64,000 bases of DNA from an uncultured Staphylococcus sp. GTDB taxonomy: Bacteria; Bacteroidota; Bacteroidia; Bacteroidales; Muribaculaceae. The stretch's first letter is position 1, and the number at the start of each line of letters is the position of its first letter. Position numbers and translations under genes: made by a program. The stretch spans positions 7,650-71,649 of the forward strand of contig CAZUEY010000001.1 of the NCBI GenBank assembly GCA_964619395.1, in the 5' to 3' direction. The notes under the pieces were generated by a model. It saw only the letters and a list, made by a program, of their open reading frames with translations, did not search any database and had not been told where the DNA came from. Below are positions 47,803 to 57,595 of the stretch, piece after piece.

Positions 47803-49290
47803 ATGAATAAGAAATATTACGGAAAACTCATTTTTGAGCTTTCAAAAGAGGGGCGAAAGGGTTATAGTCTGCCCGATAACAAGTGTAGAGAGGTTGGCGA
47901 AATTTCCTCAGTCATCCCCATGGAGCTTCTCCGGAAGGCTGACCCGTCGTTGCCTGAAGTCGATGAGCCTTCTGTCGTAAGACACTACAACAACATGTCC
48001 AACAATAATTTTGGTGTCGATACAGGTTTCTATCCTTTGGGCTCTTGCACAATGAAGTATAATCCCAAAATCAATGAAGAGGTTTGCTCACTCCCTGGAT
48101 TCTCTTCGCTTCATCCTTGTCAACCATCAGCCACTGTACAGGGTGCTCTCGAGGCCTACTATCAACTACAGTCGCGTCTTAGCGAAATCGGTGGGATGAG
48201 TGAGTTCACCCTCAACCCTTATGCCGGCGCTCATGGTGAACTCACCGGTCTCATGGTCATCAAGGCCTACCATGAAAGCCGGGGCGATACTGCCCGCACC
48301 AAAGTGATAGTCCCGGACTCGGCCCATGGCACAAATCCTGCTTCAGCGGCCGTGGCCGGCCTGTCTGTGGTAGAGGTAAAGAGTATGGCTGATGGAACCG
48401 TAGATGTAGAGGCTCTCCGAGCGCTGCTTGACAACACGGTAGCCGCCGTGATGATGACCAACCCTAATACAGTTGGTATTTTCGAGCATTCCATACCTCA
48501 AATAGCCGAGATGGTCCACGAATGTGGGGCGCTGATGTATTACGATGGGGCTAATCTCAACCCCCTTCTCGGGATAGCTCGACCGGGTGATATGGGCTTT
48601 GATGTGATGCACATCAATCTTCATAAGACCTTCTCTACTCCCCATGGTGGCGGTGGCCCCGGGGCTGGGCCGGTCGGGGTCAGAAAGGGGCTTGAAAAGT
48701 TTCTTCCAAATCCGAGGGTGGTGAAGAAAGATGCAAGCACTCTCGAAATTTTCGACCTTGAATATGGTATTGAAAAGTCACCGGACGCTCTCGGACGTGT
48801 GTCAGCGTGGCTCGGTAATTTCGCAGTTGAATTGCGTGCCTTAGCTTATATCCTTTCTTTAGGTTCTGATGGTCTGAGTATGGCCGGTAAACTTGCAACT
48901 CTCAATGCCAACTATATTAAAGAATCGCTGCGAGACTGCTACGAATTGCCCATCGACAGAATTTGTAAGCACGAATTTGTGTTTGATGGTCTTAAAGATA
49001 AGTCTACCGGGGTCACTACTCTCAATGTGGCCAAACGTTTGCTCGACTTCGGATACCACGCACCAACAATCTATTTCCCCCTCCTTTTCCACGAGTCTCT
49101 GATGATCGAACCTACCGAGACGGAGAGCAAGGAGACAATCGATGATTTCATCGCAGTGATGAAGGAGATAGCTCGTGAAGCTAAAGATGATCCTGAGATA
49201 GTGAAAAATGCTCCTTTGGAAACTCCAATCCGCCGTCCTGACGACACTGAGGCTGCTCTAAAACCTGTAGTGACCTTTTTTGAATTGTAG
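47803..49290 (+). CDS. gcvPB: Glycine dehydrogenase subunit 2
   Basis: 'PLGSCTMKYNP', 'SAHGTNPAS', PLP-Lys motif 'HINLHKTFSTPHGGGGPG'. Confidence 0.96.
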   Translation: MNKKYYGKLIFELSKEGRKGYSLPDNKCREVGEISSVIPMELLRKADPSLPEVDEPSVVRHYNNMSNNNFGVDTGFYPLGSCTMKYNPKINEEVCSLPGFSSLHPCQPSATVQGALEAYYQLQSRLSEIGGMSEFTLNPYAGAHGELTGLMVIKAYHESRGDTARTKVIVPDSAHGTNPASAAVAGLSVVEVKSMADGTVDVEALRALLDNTVAAVMMTNPNTVGIFEHSIPQIAEMVHECGALMYYDGANLNPLLGIARPGDMGFDVMHINLHKTFSTPHGGGGPGAGPVGVRKGLEKFLPNPRVVKKDASTLEIFDLEYGIEKSPDALGRVSAWLGNFAVELRALAYILSLGSDGLSMAGKLATLNANYIKESLRDCYELPIDRICKHEFVFDGLKDKSTGVTTLNVAKRLLDFGYHAPTIYFPLLFHESLMIEPTETESKETIDDFIAVMKEIAREAKDDPEIVKNAPLETPIRRPDDTEAALKPVVTFFEL

Positions 49291-49325
49291 GATCCGAAAG
49301 GTTCTAATATCTTTAAGCCGGTATT

Positions 49326-50651
49326 ATGACAAAATCTGATATATTGATAATAGGGGGAGGGCCCGGTGGCTACGAGACTGCTTTAAGGGCTCGTAAGCTT
49401 GGCATGAGTGTGACTCTGATCGAACGAGGAGAGTTGGGAGGCACATGCCTCAATCGGGGGTGCATACCGACGAAGGCTCTGTGTCGCTCTGCTGAGGTGG
49501 CTACATTGCTATCCCACTCAGGTGAATTCGGCCTTAAGTCCTCTGACAACTCTGTCGATTTCACTGCTGTTTCCGAGCGAAAGAATCGCATAGTTGCTGA
49601 ACTGCGCGAAGGGGTCGAGTCGCTGATGAAGGATGTAAATCTCATCAGAGGAGAAGCCGTATTCGTAGGTGACAGGGTGATTTCTGCCAATGGTGAGTTA
49701 TTCACTGCTGACCGTATCATTATAGCTACCGGGTCAAAACCGGCTTCACTAAATATCCCGGGCTTCGATCTTGCTCTCACAAGCGACCGCTTGCTTTCGC
49801 TGGATGCTCTTCCTAAGAGCCTTATAATTATCGGGGGAGGGGTAATCGGTATGGAATTTGCCTCAATTTTCTCTGCGTTTGGTGTGGAGGTTACGGTGCT
49901 GGAATATTGTGATGAAATTCTTCCACCTTTTGACAAAGAGATCGCAAAACGATTGAGGATGTCTCTGAAACGCAGAGGTATAAATATCGTTACCGGAGCT
50001 CAGGTTACGGCTATTCTCCCGGATGGCACTGTCACTTTTCTGAGCAAAGGTAAAGAAAAGAGTGTGGTAGCTGAAATATGTGCCATAGCTGTGGGTAGGC
50101 AGCCTGTAATTCCTGACAGGTTTGAACTGACAGGAGCGATGATTGAACGAGGTGCTATTCGTGTTGATGATACGATGCAATGTTTACGTCAGGATGGCTC
50201 GTCAATCTCCGGGTTATACGCGATTGGGGATGTCAATGGCAGATGTATGCTTGCTCACGCTGCCTCCATGCACGGAGAAGTAGCTCTCGGGTTGCGCGAA
50301 TTGACCGGATTGATACCCTCAGCCGTTTTTACTCAGCCTGAGTGTGCAATGGTTGGTCTGACAGAGGAAGCATGTCTCTCTCAAGCGCTTGATTTTAAAG
50401 TCGGTAAGGCGACCTTTAGAGCCTGTGGTAAAGCTGTTGCTATGGGGGAGACCGACGGCCTTGTCAAAGTGATAGTCGATGCTTCTTCAGATAAGATTCT
50501 CGGATGTCACATCATGGGACCCCACGCAGCCGACATAATCCAGGAAGCTACGATTGCCATGACCAACGGCTTGACGGCCCAACAGGTATGTGAATGTGTG
50601 TTTACCCATCCAACACTTTCTGAAACCCTTAAAGCTGCATTATTGCAATAA
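49326..50651 (+). CDS. lpdA: Dihydrolipoamide dehydrogenase (GCS L protein)
   Basis: 'GGGPGGY', 'GGTCLNRGCIPTK', 'GGGVIGME', 'HPTLSE'. Confidence 0.94.
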   Translation: MTKSDILIIGGGPGGYETALRARKLGMSVTLIERGELGGTCLNRGCIPTKALCRSAEVATLLSHSGEFGLKSSDNSVDFTAVSERKNRIVAELREGVESLMKDVNLIRGEAVFVGDRVISANGELFTADRIIIATGSKPASLNIPGFDLALTSDRLLSLDALPKSLIIIGGGVIGMEFASIFSAFGVEVTVLEYCDEILPPFDKEIAKRLRMSLKRRGINIVTGAQVTAILPDGTVTFLSKGKEKSVVAEICAIAVGRQPVIPDRFELTGAMIERGAIRVDDTMQCLRQDGSSISGLYAIGDVNGRCMLAHAASMHGEVALGLRELTGLIPSAVFTQPECAMVGLTEEACLSQALDFKVGKATFRACGKAVAMGETDGLVKVIVDASSDKILGCHIMGPHAADIIQEATIAMTNGLTAQQVCECVFTHPTLSETLKAALLQ

Positions 50652-50676
50652 TCTGAAATCCTGATTGATATAAACG

Positions 50677-50713
50677 AAAAGCGAGGGGAATGGAAATAAT
50701 TCTCCTCGCTTTT
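50677..50713. terminator. Bidirectional terminator
   Basis: AAAAGCGAGGGGAAT-N7-ATTCTCCTCGCTTTT between convergent genes. Confidence 0.8.
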
Positions 50714-50743
50714 GCATTAAATGATTTCAAACTCTTCTGTCCT

Positions 50744-51298
50744 TCATTTCTCTTCCGGTGGAAAAAGTTTATCCTCGCGGTCGAGATGAAAGTTTTTGGC
50801 TAAGAGTGACATAAATGAAGAAATCTGTTTGATGGCATTCATTGTGTCAGGGCTAATTTCCTTCCCTTGAAGTCGGAGCATGAGCATTCCATACAACGCA
50901 TTGAAGCAGGTCTCTATTTCTCCGTCAGGGTTTTCTCCACCTTTGGCACGGAGTTCGACGATGTAGGGGAGGGTCTTGTAGAACTCAGCGGTATACTCCG
51001 GAAATCGTGGATCTTTGAGCAATGCCAGGTGTAAATCTGTGAGTTGTATTATCACATTTTTATTAAGTTGGAGATGACCGCTCTTTTCCACATTTTCTCT
51101 CCTCATCATATCAATAAGTGATTCATACCACTCGGTCATCTCTTTCTTTTGTGCTTCATCGAGTTTGAAATGATCTATGACATTGGCTTTAATCTTATCG
51201 ATATCAAGATCGTTGGCACGTATGATATCTTCAATCTGCCACATATATATCAGATATTGAGCAATATTTTCCTTGTTTTTCTGTGATGCGATATACAT
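50744..51298 (-). CDS. DUF4924 family protein
   Basis: 'ENIAQYLIYMWQIEDIIRA', 'MMRRENV..SGHLQ', 'ETCFNALYG'. Confidence 0.8.
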   Translation of the reverse strand: MYIASQKNKENIAQYLIYMWQIEDIIRANDLDIDKIKANVIDHFKLDEAQKKEMTEWYESLIDMMRRENVEKSGHLQLNKNVIIQLTDLHLALLKDPRFPEYTAEFYKTLPYIVELRAKGGENPDGEIETCFNALYGMLMLRLQGKEISPDTMNAIKQISSFMSLLAKNFHLDREDKLFPPEEK

Positions 51299-51514
51299 AA
51301 TTGTAGTTTCTTTAAATTCATCTTACAAATATATAACAATTTCACATCTTTATATGTTGATGGTGTGGAAAGTTTCATTTTTGGAGATATGGTTGGCATA
51401 TTCAATGGATTGGATATTTAGGTATAAGCAGGTTTGCTTCATTGGTTTGCTCATGGTATAAAATTTCATTACTTTTGCATTAAGCTCTATAGAATTTTGA
51501 TCACACTCAGCCAA

Positions 51515-53200
51515 ATGATAACCACCGATAAACTATCCTGTACTGTCCTTGCCGATCTTCTTGCTGCCCATGGGGTTAAGGATATCATCGCTTCCCCGGG
51601 CAGTAGAAATGCGCCTCTCATTATTGCCCTGAAAAGGTGTAACAATTTTAATCTCCGAATGGTAATTGATGAGAGATCGGCTGCGTTTATTGCTATGGGG
51701 CTGTCGTTGCAGAGCGGAAATCCTGTCGCAGTGGTTTGCACGAGCGGGTCTGCTCTTTTAAACTATGCTCCTGCTGTAGCCGAGGCTTACTACAGGGCTG
51801 TTCCTCTGATAGTCATTTCGGCTGACCGGCCTGAGGAGTGGATCGATCAAGACGATTCTCAGACAATCAATCAGGAAGGGGTGCTCGCCTCGATAGTGAA
51901 ACGTAGTTACAATATCGACGCCCACCTCTCGCATCCTAACGGGCGGTGGATATGTGAACGCACCATCAACGATGCCTTAATCGAAGCACTCTCTCAGCGA
52001 AAGGGGCCTGTTCATATTAATGTTCGCCTCGACGCTCCTCTGAGTCGGATGATAGATTTTGATGAAAAAGATCATTTCAGGTTGATCCGAAGACTGAAAA
52101 GCAGTGAGGATATTCCTGTGGCTGAAGCGAGAAAGTTGGGAGAGTCATTGGCATCCCCTAAGAAGATTATGATAGTGACAGGTTTCCTCGAACCTAATTC
52201 AAGTCTTAACAGATCGTTGGCCAAACTTGCCGCGCTCCCCAATTTTATAGTATTCACGGAGTCCATTTCAAATCTTCACTCGCCTCTTTTTATAACACGA
52301 ATAGACAATACTCTGGCGGCTTTGACCGCTGACGAAAGGGAAACTCTTAAACCCGATGTAGTGATCACCCTCGGTGGCGCTTTGGTGTCGAGGCATATTA
52401 AAGAGTGGTTGAGAGGATTGAAGAATGTCGAACACTGGCATATAGGCCATAGTCACACTACAGTAGACTGCTTCAGGATGCTGACGCTTAGAGTCGACAT
52501 TCTTCCCGAGACATTTATGAGACAATTGGCTTCGGCTATGCAGATCCACCGCACCCCATCTGACTATGCTGAAGCGTGGCGTAGTGTCTCAAGGAGGGGA
52601 GCTTTTAGACTGAGGGATTATATTGTTTCAGTTCCTTGGTCTGATCTCAAGGCCTTTAGTATTATCATACCATCCATCCCGACGAAATGGAATCTCCATC
52701 TCTCCAATGGTACTTCAGTGAGATACGCCCAACTTTTCGATTGCAGCAAAATCCACCGGTGTGATTGCAACAGGGGGGTGAGCGGTATCGACGGCTCTAC
52801 ATCCACAGCTCTTGGAGCTTCTCTTGCCTATAAAGATGTCACTTTGCTTATCAGTGGTGACATGAGTTTCCAATACGACCTTGCTGCTTTATCCTCTAAT
52901 CTCCTCAGCCCGCGATTCAAAATGATAGTGATCTGCAATGGGGGTGGCGAAATTTTCCGCATCATAGGATCGACTTCATCACTCCCGGAACTTGATGAAA
53001 ATTTCACTATGGGCACTAATCTCCCTTTGCAAAAAATATCCGAGGCCTACAATATCAGATATTTTCAAGCATCTTCGGAGTCTTCTCTCATTGATTCGTT
53101 TAAGAAGTTCATGGATTGCAAGGATCCGGCACTGTTGGCTGTCTACACTTCCGGCGAAGAGTCAGCTAAAGTGTTGCGGCAATTTTTTGAGCTTCGATAA
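51515..53200 (+). CDS. menD: SEPHCHC synthase (menaquinone biosynthesis)
   Basis: 'SPGSRNAPL', 'DERSAAF', 'CTSGSA', 'ADRP', 'NRGVSGIDG', 'GDMSF.YD'; ATG at 51515 follows a TACTTTTG promoter. Confidence 0.95.
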   Translation: MITTDKLSCTVLADLLAAHGVKDIIASPGSRNAPLIIALKRCNNFNLRMVIDERSAAFIAMGLSLQSGNPVAVVCTSGSALLNYAPAVAEAYYRAVPLIVISADRPEEWIDQDDSQTINQEGVLASIVKRSYNIDAHLSHPNGRWICERTINDALIEALSQRKGPVHINVRLDAPLSRMIDFDEKDHFRLIRRLKSSEDIPVAEARKLGESLASPKKIMIVTGFLEPNSSLNRSLAKLAALPNFIVFTESISNLHSPLFITRIDNTLAALTADERETLKPDVVITLGGALVSRHIKEWLRGLKNVEHWHIGHSHTTVDCFRMLTLRVDILPETFMRQLASAMQIHRTPSDYAEAWRSVSRRGAFRLRDYIVSVPWSDLKAFSIIIPSIPTKWNLHLSNGTSVRYAQLFDCSKIHRCDCNRGVSGIDGSTSTALGASLAYKDVTLLISGDMSFQYDLAALSSNLLSPRFKMIVICNGGGEIFRIIGSTSSLPELDENFTMGTNLPLQKISEAYNIRYFQASSESSLIDSFKKFMDCKDPALLAVYTSGEESAKVLRQFFELR

Positions 53201-53909
53201 GCGACTCCGGTTTGCCGATGTCGATCCATTTGTAGCCGTGAGGGTTATATCCTTTTATCTTTAGCCTGTCGCAGTATTTGGTGTAAAAAGGCGTAATGGA
53301 AAACTTCTTTTCACCGGGTGAATACTCCTTGAGGTAATTAAAAATCTTTGGCTCTACAATGTGGATTCCTCCAAATGCAAGTCTATTAGCATCGGTGAAA
53401 TCTGCCATGGGATAAGGGCTGCGAAGTTCACCACTTTTGATATTTTCCCAACCTATCATTCGGTTGGATTTATCAAAAAGGAGATAGCGTGAGGTTGGGC
53501 GTTGAGCCACAAGGAGAGTTACATCTGCACCGGACTTGCTATGACTTTCTATCATCTCTCCAAGATTGAGATCCGTCATAATATCAGCGTTATGCAGTAG
53601 TATTGGCTCGTCATTCTCAAAGAGATTTTCTGCTTCCAAGAGACCTCCACCCGTGTCGAGAAGATAGCTGCTTTCATCGCTGATACTGATATTGAGTCCC
53701 AAGTTGGTGTTAATCTTCAGATACTCCACTATCTGATCTGCCAGATAATGCACATTTATGACTACATTTCTGATGCCGGCCTTCTTGACATTCAACAGAA
53801 CTCTTTTAAGCATAGGCTCTCCACCTACCTCCACAAGCGCTTTAGGCACCGATTGAGTCAGGGAGCCGAGGCGTGTGCCAAGCCCGGCTGCAAATATCAT
53901 TGCGTTCAT
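53166..53909 (-). CDS. Sugar-1-phosphate nucleotidyltransferase (MurU-like)
   Basis: 'AMIFAAGLGTRL...PKAL', 'LLDTGGG', 'WIDIGKP'; overlaps the stop of the upstream kinase gene. Confidence 0.85.
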   Translation of the reverse strand: MNAMIFAAGLGTRLGSLTQSVPKALVEVGGEPMLKRVLLNVKKAGIRNVVINVHYLADQIVEYLKINTNLGLNISISDESSYLLDTGGGLLEAENLFENDEPILLHNADIMTDLNLGEMIESHSKSGADVTLLVAQRPTSRYLLFDKSNRMIGWENIKSGELRSPYPMADFTDANRLAFGGIHIVEPKIFNYLKEYSPGEKKFSITPFYTKYCDRLKIKGYNPHGYKWIDIGKPESLIEAQKIAATL

Positions 53910-55297
53910 AATGTTTTGTCTATCTGCTGTTCGCGGTGGATAAGTCTTACTGTTATCCCGGGATAACTTGATTTGATAGATTCGGCAAGGTGTTGGGCGC
54001 AGTAAACGCTACGGTGTCTTCCTCCTGTGCATCCAAAACAAATCTGTAATGATGAAAACCCTCGCCGGATATAATTTTCAATCGTCGGCACAACAAGGTT
54101 TTTACAATTATCCAGAAATGCTTGTATTTCGCCGCGGCTCTCCAGAAAGTCGATTACATCCTTGTCGAGTCCTGTCAGAGGTTTGTATTGCTCATAGCGC
54201 CCCGGATTATCCATCCCACGGCAGTCAAACACAAACCCTCCTCCATTGCCGGAGGCATCTTCCGGAAATCCTTTCTTATAGGAAAAGCTGTAGACTGTCA
54301 CCGTTAGTGCCGATTTCTCTTGTATGATTGATGGCGTATCAGTATCAAGCTCTTTCTCAACCATTCTCTGAAGGGTAGACTGGAGATAGGGGAGACCCTC
54401 AAAATTTTGTTTCAGAAGTCCGCTCAAGCTTTTGAGTGCTTGCCTGGTGCTTGACAGGAAATGAGGCTTGCGCTCGAAGCGTCCGCGAAATCCATAAGCA
54501 CCCAGCACTTGAATGTTTCTGAGTAGTGAGTAAAATTGGAATTTCTTATTGAATTCCTCCTCTTTAATTTCAACATATCTCGATGCCGATTCTTTATATC
54601 TCTCTATGAGAGCCGTTTTGATTTCCGGAGAATAATCCGCACGGGCTTGATTGACAAAGGATACCAGGTCGTAGATCGCCGGCCCTCTGCGTCCTCCTTG
54701 AAAATCTATGAAGTATGGTTTGCCATCCTTTATCATTACGTTTCGCGATTGGAAGTCGCGATACATGAATGTTTCTCCCGAATCTTCACCAACTGTCTTG
54801 GCAATCTTTTTGAAATCATTCTCAAGTAGCCCTTCGCTATAGGCCACTCCGGTAGTGTTCAGAAAACAGTATTTGAAATAGTTAAGATCCCACATCACGG
54901 ATTGGGCATCGAATTCTGCAACTGGATAGCACTTGCTGAAATCCAAACCATTGGCTCCTCGATACTGAAAATCGGGGAGTAAGTAGATGGTGCGCTCAAG
55001 CAGTTCGAGATTTTTTCGATTATCAAAAAGAGATACCGAACCGAGGTCTTCCTGCAAATAATAGAGTGCATCGTCAGAGACCGCCAATACTTTTGGAACA
55101 GGCAACCCGCATTCGCGGAAATGCTGTGCGAGATATATAAACGCCCGGTTCTCCTCTGTCGATGTCCCGATCACACCAATCACCGAAATGGAGTCGGTTG
55201 ATAAGCGGAAATAGCTGCGGTTGCTTCCGGCTTTTGTCAATGCTGATATAGTCGATGGCTTTTCTCCAAATAGTTGTAAGAATAATTGTGAGAGCAT
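53906..55297 (-). CDS. APH-family (AmgK-like) phosphotransferase fused to a RapZ C-terminal-like domain
   Basis: 'AGSNRSYFRL', 'RDFQSRNVM', 'IDFQG'; C-terminal 'SFSYKKG.P..FVFDCR...NPG', 'GCTGGRHRSVY'. Confidence 0.85.
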   Translation of the reverse strand: MLSQLFLQLFGEKPSTISALTKAGSNRSYFRLSTDSISVIGVIGTSTEENRAFIYLAQHFRECGLPVPKVLAVSDDALYYLQEDLGSVSLFDNRKNLELLERTIYLLPDFQYRGANGLDFSKCYPVAEFDAQSVMWDLNYFKYCFLNTTGVAYSEGLLENDFKKIAKTVGEDSGETFMYRDFQSRNVMIKDGKPYFIDFQGGRRGPAIYDLVSFVNQARADYSPEIKTALIERYKESASRYVEIKEEEFNKKFQFYSLLRNIQVLGAYGFRGRFERKPHFLSSTRQALKSLSGLLKQNFEGLPYLQSTLQRMVEKELDTDTPSIIQEKSALTVTVYSFSYKKGFPEDASGNGGGFVFDCRGMDNPGRYEQYKPLTGLDKDVIDFLESRGEIQAFLDNCKNLVVPTIENYIRRGFSSLQICFGCTGGRHRSVYCAQHLAESIKSSYPGITVRLIHREQQIDKTL

Positions 55298-55417
55298 GTT
55301 TTACTGATTTTCTACAAAAGTACGTAATTTTCTGAAGATTTTTGCGTAATTTTGAACTACAAAATCTCCTACACTATTTCCGCAAAAATTATCATCAAGT
55401 TTTGTCCGTCCGCTACT

Positions 55418-56194
55418 ATGAGCCCAATTCTTACTAAAAAGATAATCAGTATGGTTAAATCTCTCGACTCCGCAAAGGGTCGGAAGAAGGAGAATGCGTT
55501 TAAGGCTGAGGGTACAAAGTGTGTTATCGATACATTTGACTCTTTTAAGCTCATAGGACTATTTGCAACTGATTCTTGGCTTGATCGGTATGGCGATGAG
55601 TTAGGAGTTGACCGCCCGGGGATCGACAGCCTTGTGTATAGATGTCGCCGGGGAGATATTCTGGAGATGTCCGGTCTTTCTACGCCGGCTGATGTGGTAG
55701 CTGTCTACCACCGTCCGGAATATGATATTTCTGATGTGGATACAAACCACAATATTGTGTTGGCGCTTGACACTATTCAGGATCCAGGTAATCTGGGCAC
55801 AATTATCCGTGTCTCTGACTGGTTTGGAGTGAAGGATATCATATGCTCTAAGGAGACGGCCGATTGTTTCTCCCCAAAGGCGATCCAGGCTACAATGGGA
55901 TCTATTTCGAGAGTGCGTCTTCATTACGGAGATCTTTCTCAAATGCTTGCCAAACTGGCGCCTGAAAACATCTATGGTACGTTTCTCGATGGTGTGACCA
56001 TCACACGGTGTCAGCTTGAGAGTAATGGTGTGATTGTGATAGGTAATGAAGGAAATGGAATTTCGAGTGAAATCGCTGAGTTAGTGACCAAGAGACTCTT
56101 CATTCCTTCTTATCCCCCCGGCGAGGAGCGTGGTGAGTCGCTCAACGCTGCTATCGCCACAGCTATCACTCTTGCAAAATTTCGTGGAATTTGA
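55418..56194 (+). CDS. TrmH/SpoU family RNA methyltransferase
   Basis: 'IQDPGNLGTIIR', 'IGNEGNG', 'ESLNAAIA'; divergent promoters at 55315-55322 (-) and 55347-55354 (+). Confidence 0.92.
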   Translation: MSPILTKKIISMVKSLDSAKGRKKENAFKAEGTKCVIDTFDSFKLIGLFATDSWLDRYGDELGVDRPGIDSLVYRCRRGDILEMSGLSTPADVVAVYHRPEYDISDVDTNHNIVLALDTIQDPGNLGTIIRVSDWFGVKDIICSKETADCFSPKAIQATMGSISRVRLHYGDLSQMLAKLAPENIYGTFLDGVTITRCQLESNGVIVIGNEGNGISSEIAELVTKRLFIPSYPPGEERGESLNAAIATAITLAKFRGI

Positions 56195-56204
56195 ATGAAT
56201 CGTT

Positions 56205-57578
56205 ATGGCTAATAAGATAAAAACTGCTTGGTTCTGCTCAAATTGTGGCGCTGAGTCTCCAAAGTGGCAAGGGAAATGCCCCGTTTGCGGCGAGTGGAAT
56301 ACTTTTGTTGAGGAGAGGGTGGTGTCTGAAAAAAAATCAAGAGCTTTTTCCCCCTCAGGAAGTAAACTATCCAAGTCTAAGCCCCAGCTCATCCATGAGA
56401 TTGATGCCGGCGATGAAGTACGCATCAAGATGCCGAGCAATGAACTTAACAGAGTGTTAGGCGGAGGCCTTGTGGCCGGTAGCCTGGTGCTTATTGGTGG
56501 TGAACCGGGCATCGGGAAGTCAACATTGGTACTCCAAAACATCCTCTCGATCCGCAGCCGTAAAGTTCTATATGTGTCAGGCGAGGAGAGTGCTAAGCAA
56601 TTGAAAATGCGAGCTGACCGTATAGGCCGTCCCAACGATAACGTCTATATTGTATGCGAGACTTCTCTCGAAAATATTAGGGAGCATATCGAGTCTGTCA
56701 ATCCAGGACTGGTGATAGTTGATTCTATCCAGACCATTGCCTCCGATGCTATCGAGTCTGTGGCCGGTAGTGTTTCTCAGGTGAGGGAATGTGCAGCACA
56801 ACTTCTTAAATACGCCAAAGAGTCGTCAGTGCCGGTTATCTTAATAGGCCACATCACCAAAGAAGGTAGCATCGCAGGTCCCAAAGTCCTCGAGCATATC
56901 GTTGATGCTGTGCTCCAGTTTGAAGGTGATCGCCAAAACGCTTATCGAATCCTTCGCTCAATAAAAAACAGATTTGGCTCTACTTCGGAATTGGGCATAT
57001 ATGAGATGTGTCAGAAAGGTCTGAAAGAGGTAACTAACCCCTCAGAAATGTTTCTACCACTTGCCACCGGCGATATGAGCGGTATCTCGATAGGGGTGAA
57101 TATGGATGGTATTCGAGCATTTCTTATTGAGATACAGGCGCTTGTCAGTACAGCTGCCTATGGGACTCCTCAGCGGTCTGTGACCGGTTTCGACTCTAAG
57201 CGTATGAATATGTTGCTGGCTGTGCTCGAAAAGAAGGTTGGCTTCAAACTTGCCGCAAAGGATGTTTTTCTAAATATAGCCGGGGGATTGAAAGTTAACG
57301 ATCCGGCTCTCGATCTGGCTGTGATTTGCGCCATTTTATCATCTAATGTCGACATTGCGATTCCTCCACGTACCTGTATTGCCGGTGAAGTCGGACTTTC
57401 AGGCGAGGTGAGGCCGATCGCAAGAATAGAGCAACGCATACGCGAGGCTGATAAACTGGGAATGGATATGATCATAATTCCCAAAAACAATCTGAAAGGT
57501 CTTGATAAAAACCTATTTTCGATTAAGATCGTAGAGGTCGGAATGGTCAACGAGGCCTTCAGAACTCTTTTTTCTTAA
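56205..57578 (+). CDS. radA: DNA repair protein RadA/Sms
   Basis: C4 zinc finger, 'GEPGIGKST', 'KNRFG', Lon-like C-terminus. Confidence 0.97.
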   Translation: MANKIKTAWFCSNCGAESPKWQGKCPVCGEWNTFVEERVVSEKKSRAFSPSGSKLSKSKPQLIHEIDAGDEVRIKMPSNELNRVLGGGLVAGSLVLIGGEPGIGKSTLVLQNILSIRSRKVLYVSGEESAKQLKMRADRIGRPNDNVYIVCETSLENIREHIESVNPGLVIVDSIQTIASDAIESVAGSVSQVRECAAQLLKYAKESSVPVILIGHITKEGSIAGPKVLEHIVDAVLQFEGDRQNAYRILRSIKNRFGSTSELGIYEMCQKGLKEVTNPSEMFLPLATGDMSGISIGVNMDGIRAFLIEIQALVSTAAYGTPQRSVTGFDSKRMNMLLAVLEKKVGFKLAAKDVFLNIAGGLKVNDPALDLAVICAILSSNVDIAIPPRTCIAGEVGLSGEVRPIARIEQRIREADKLGMDMIIIPKNNLKGLDKNLFSIKIVEVGMVNEAFRTLFS

Positions 57579-57595
57579 TAACGTCACTGTTTTTT

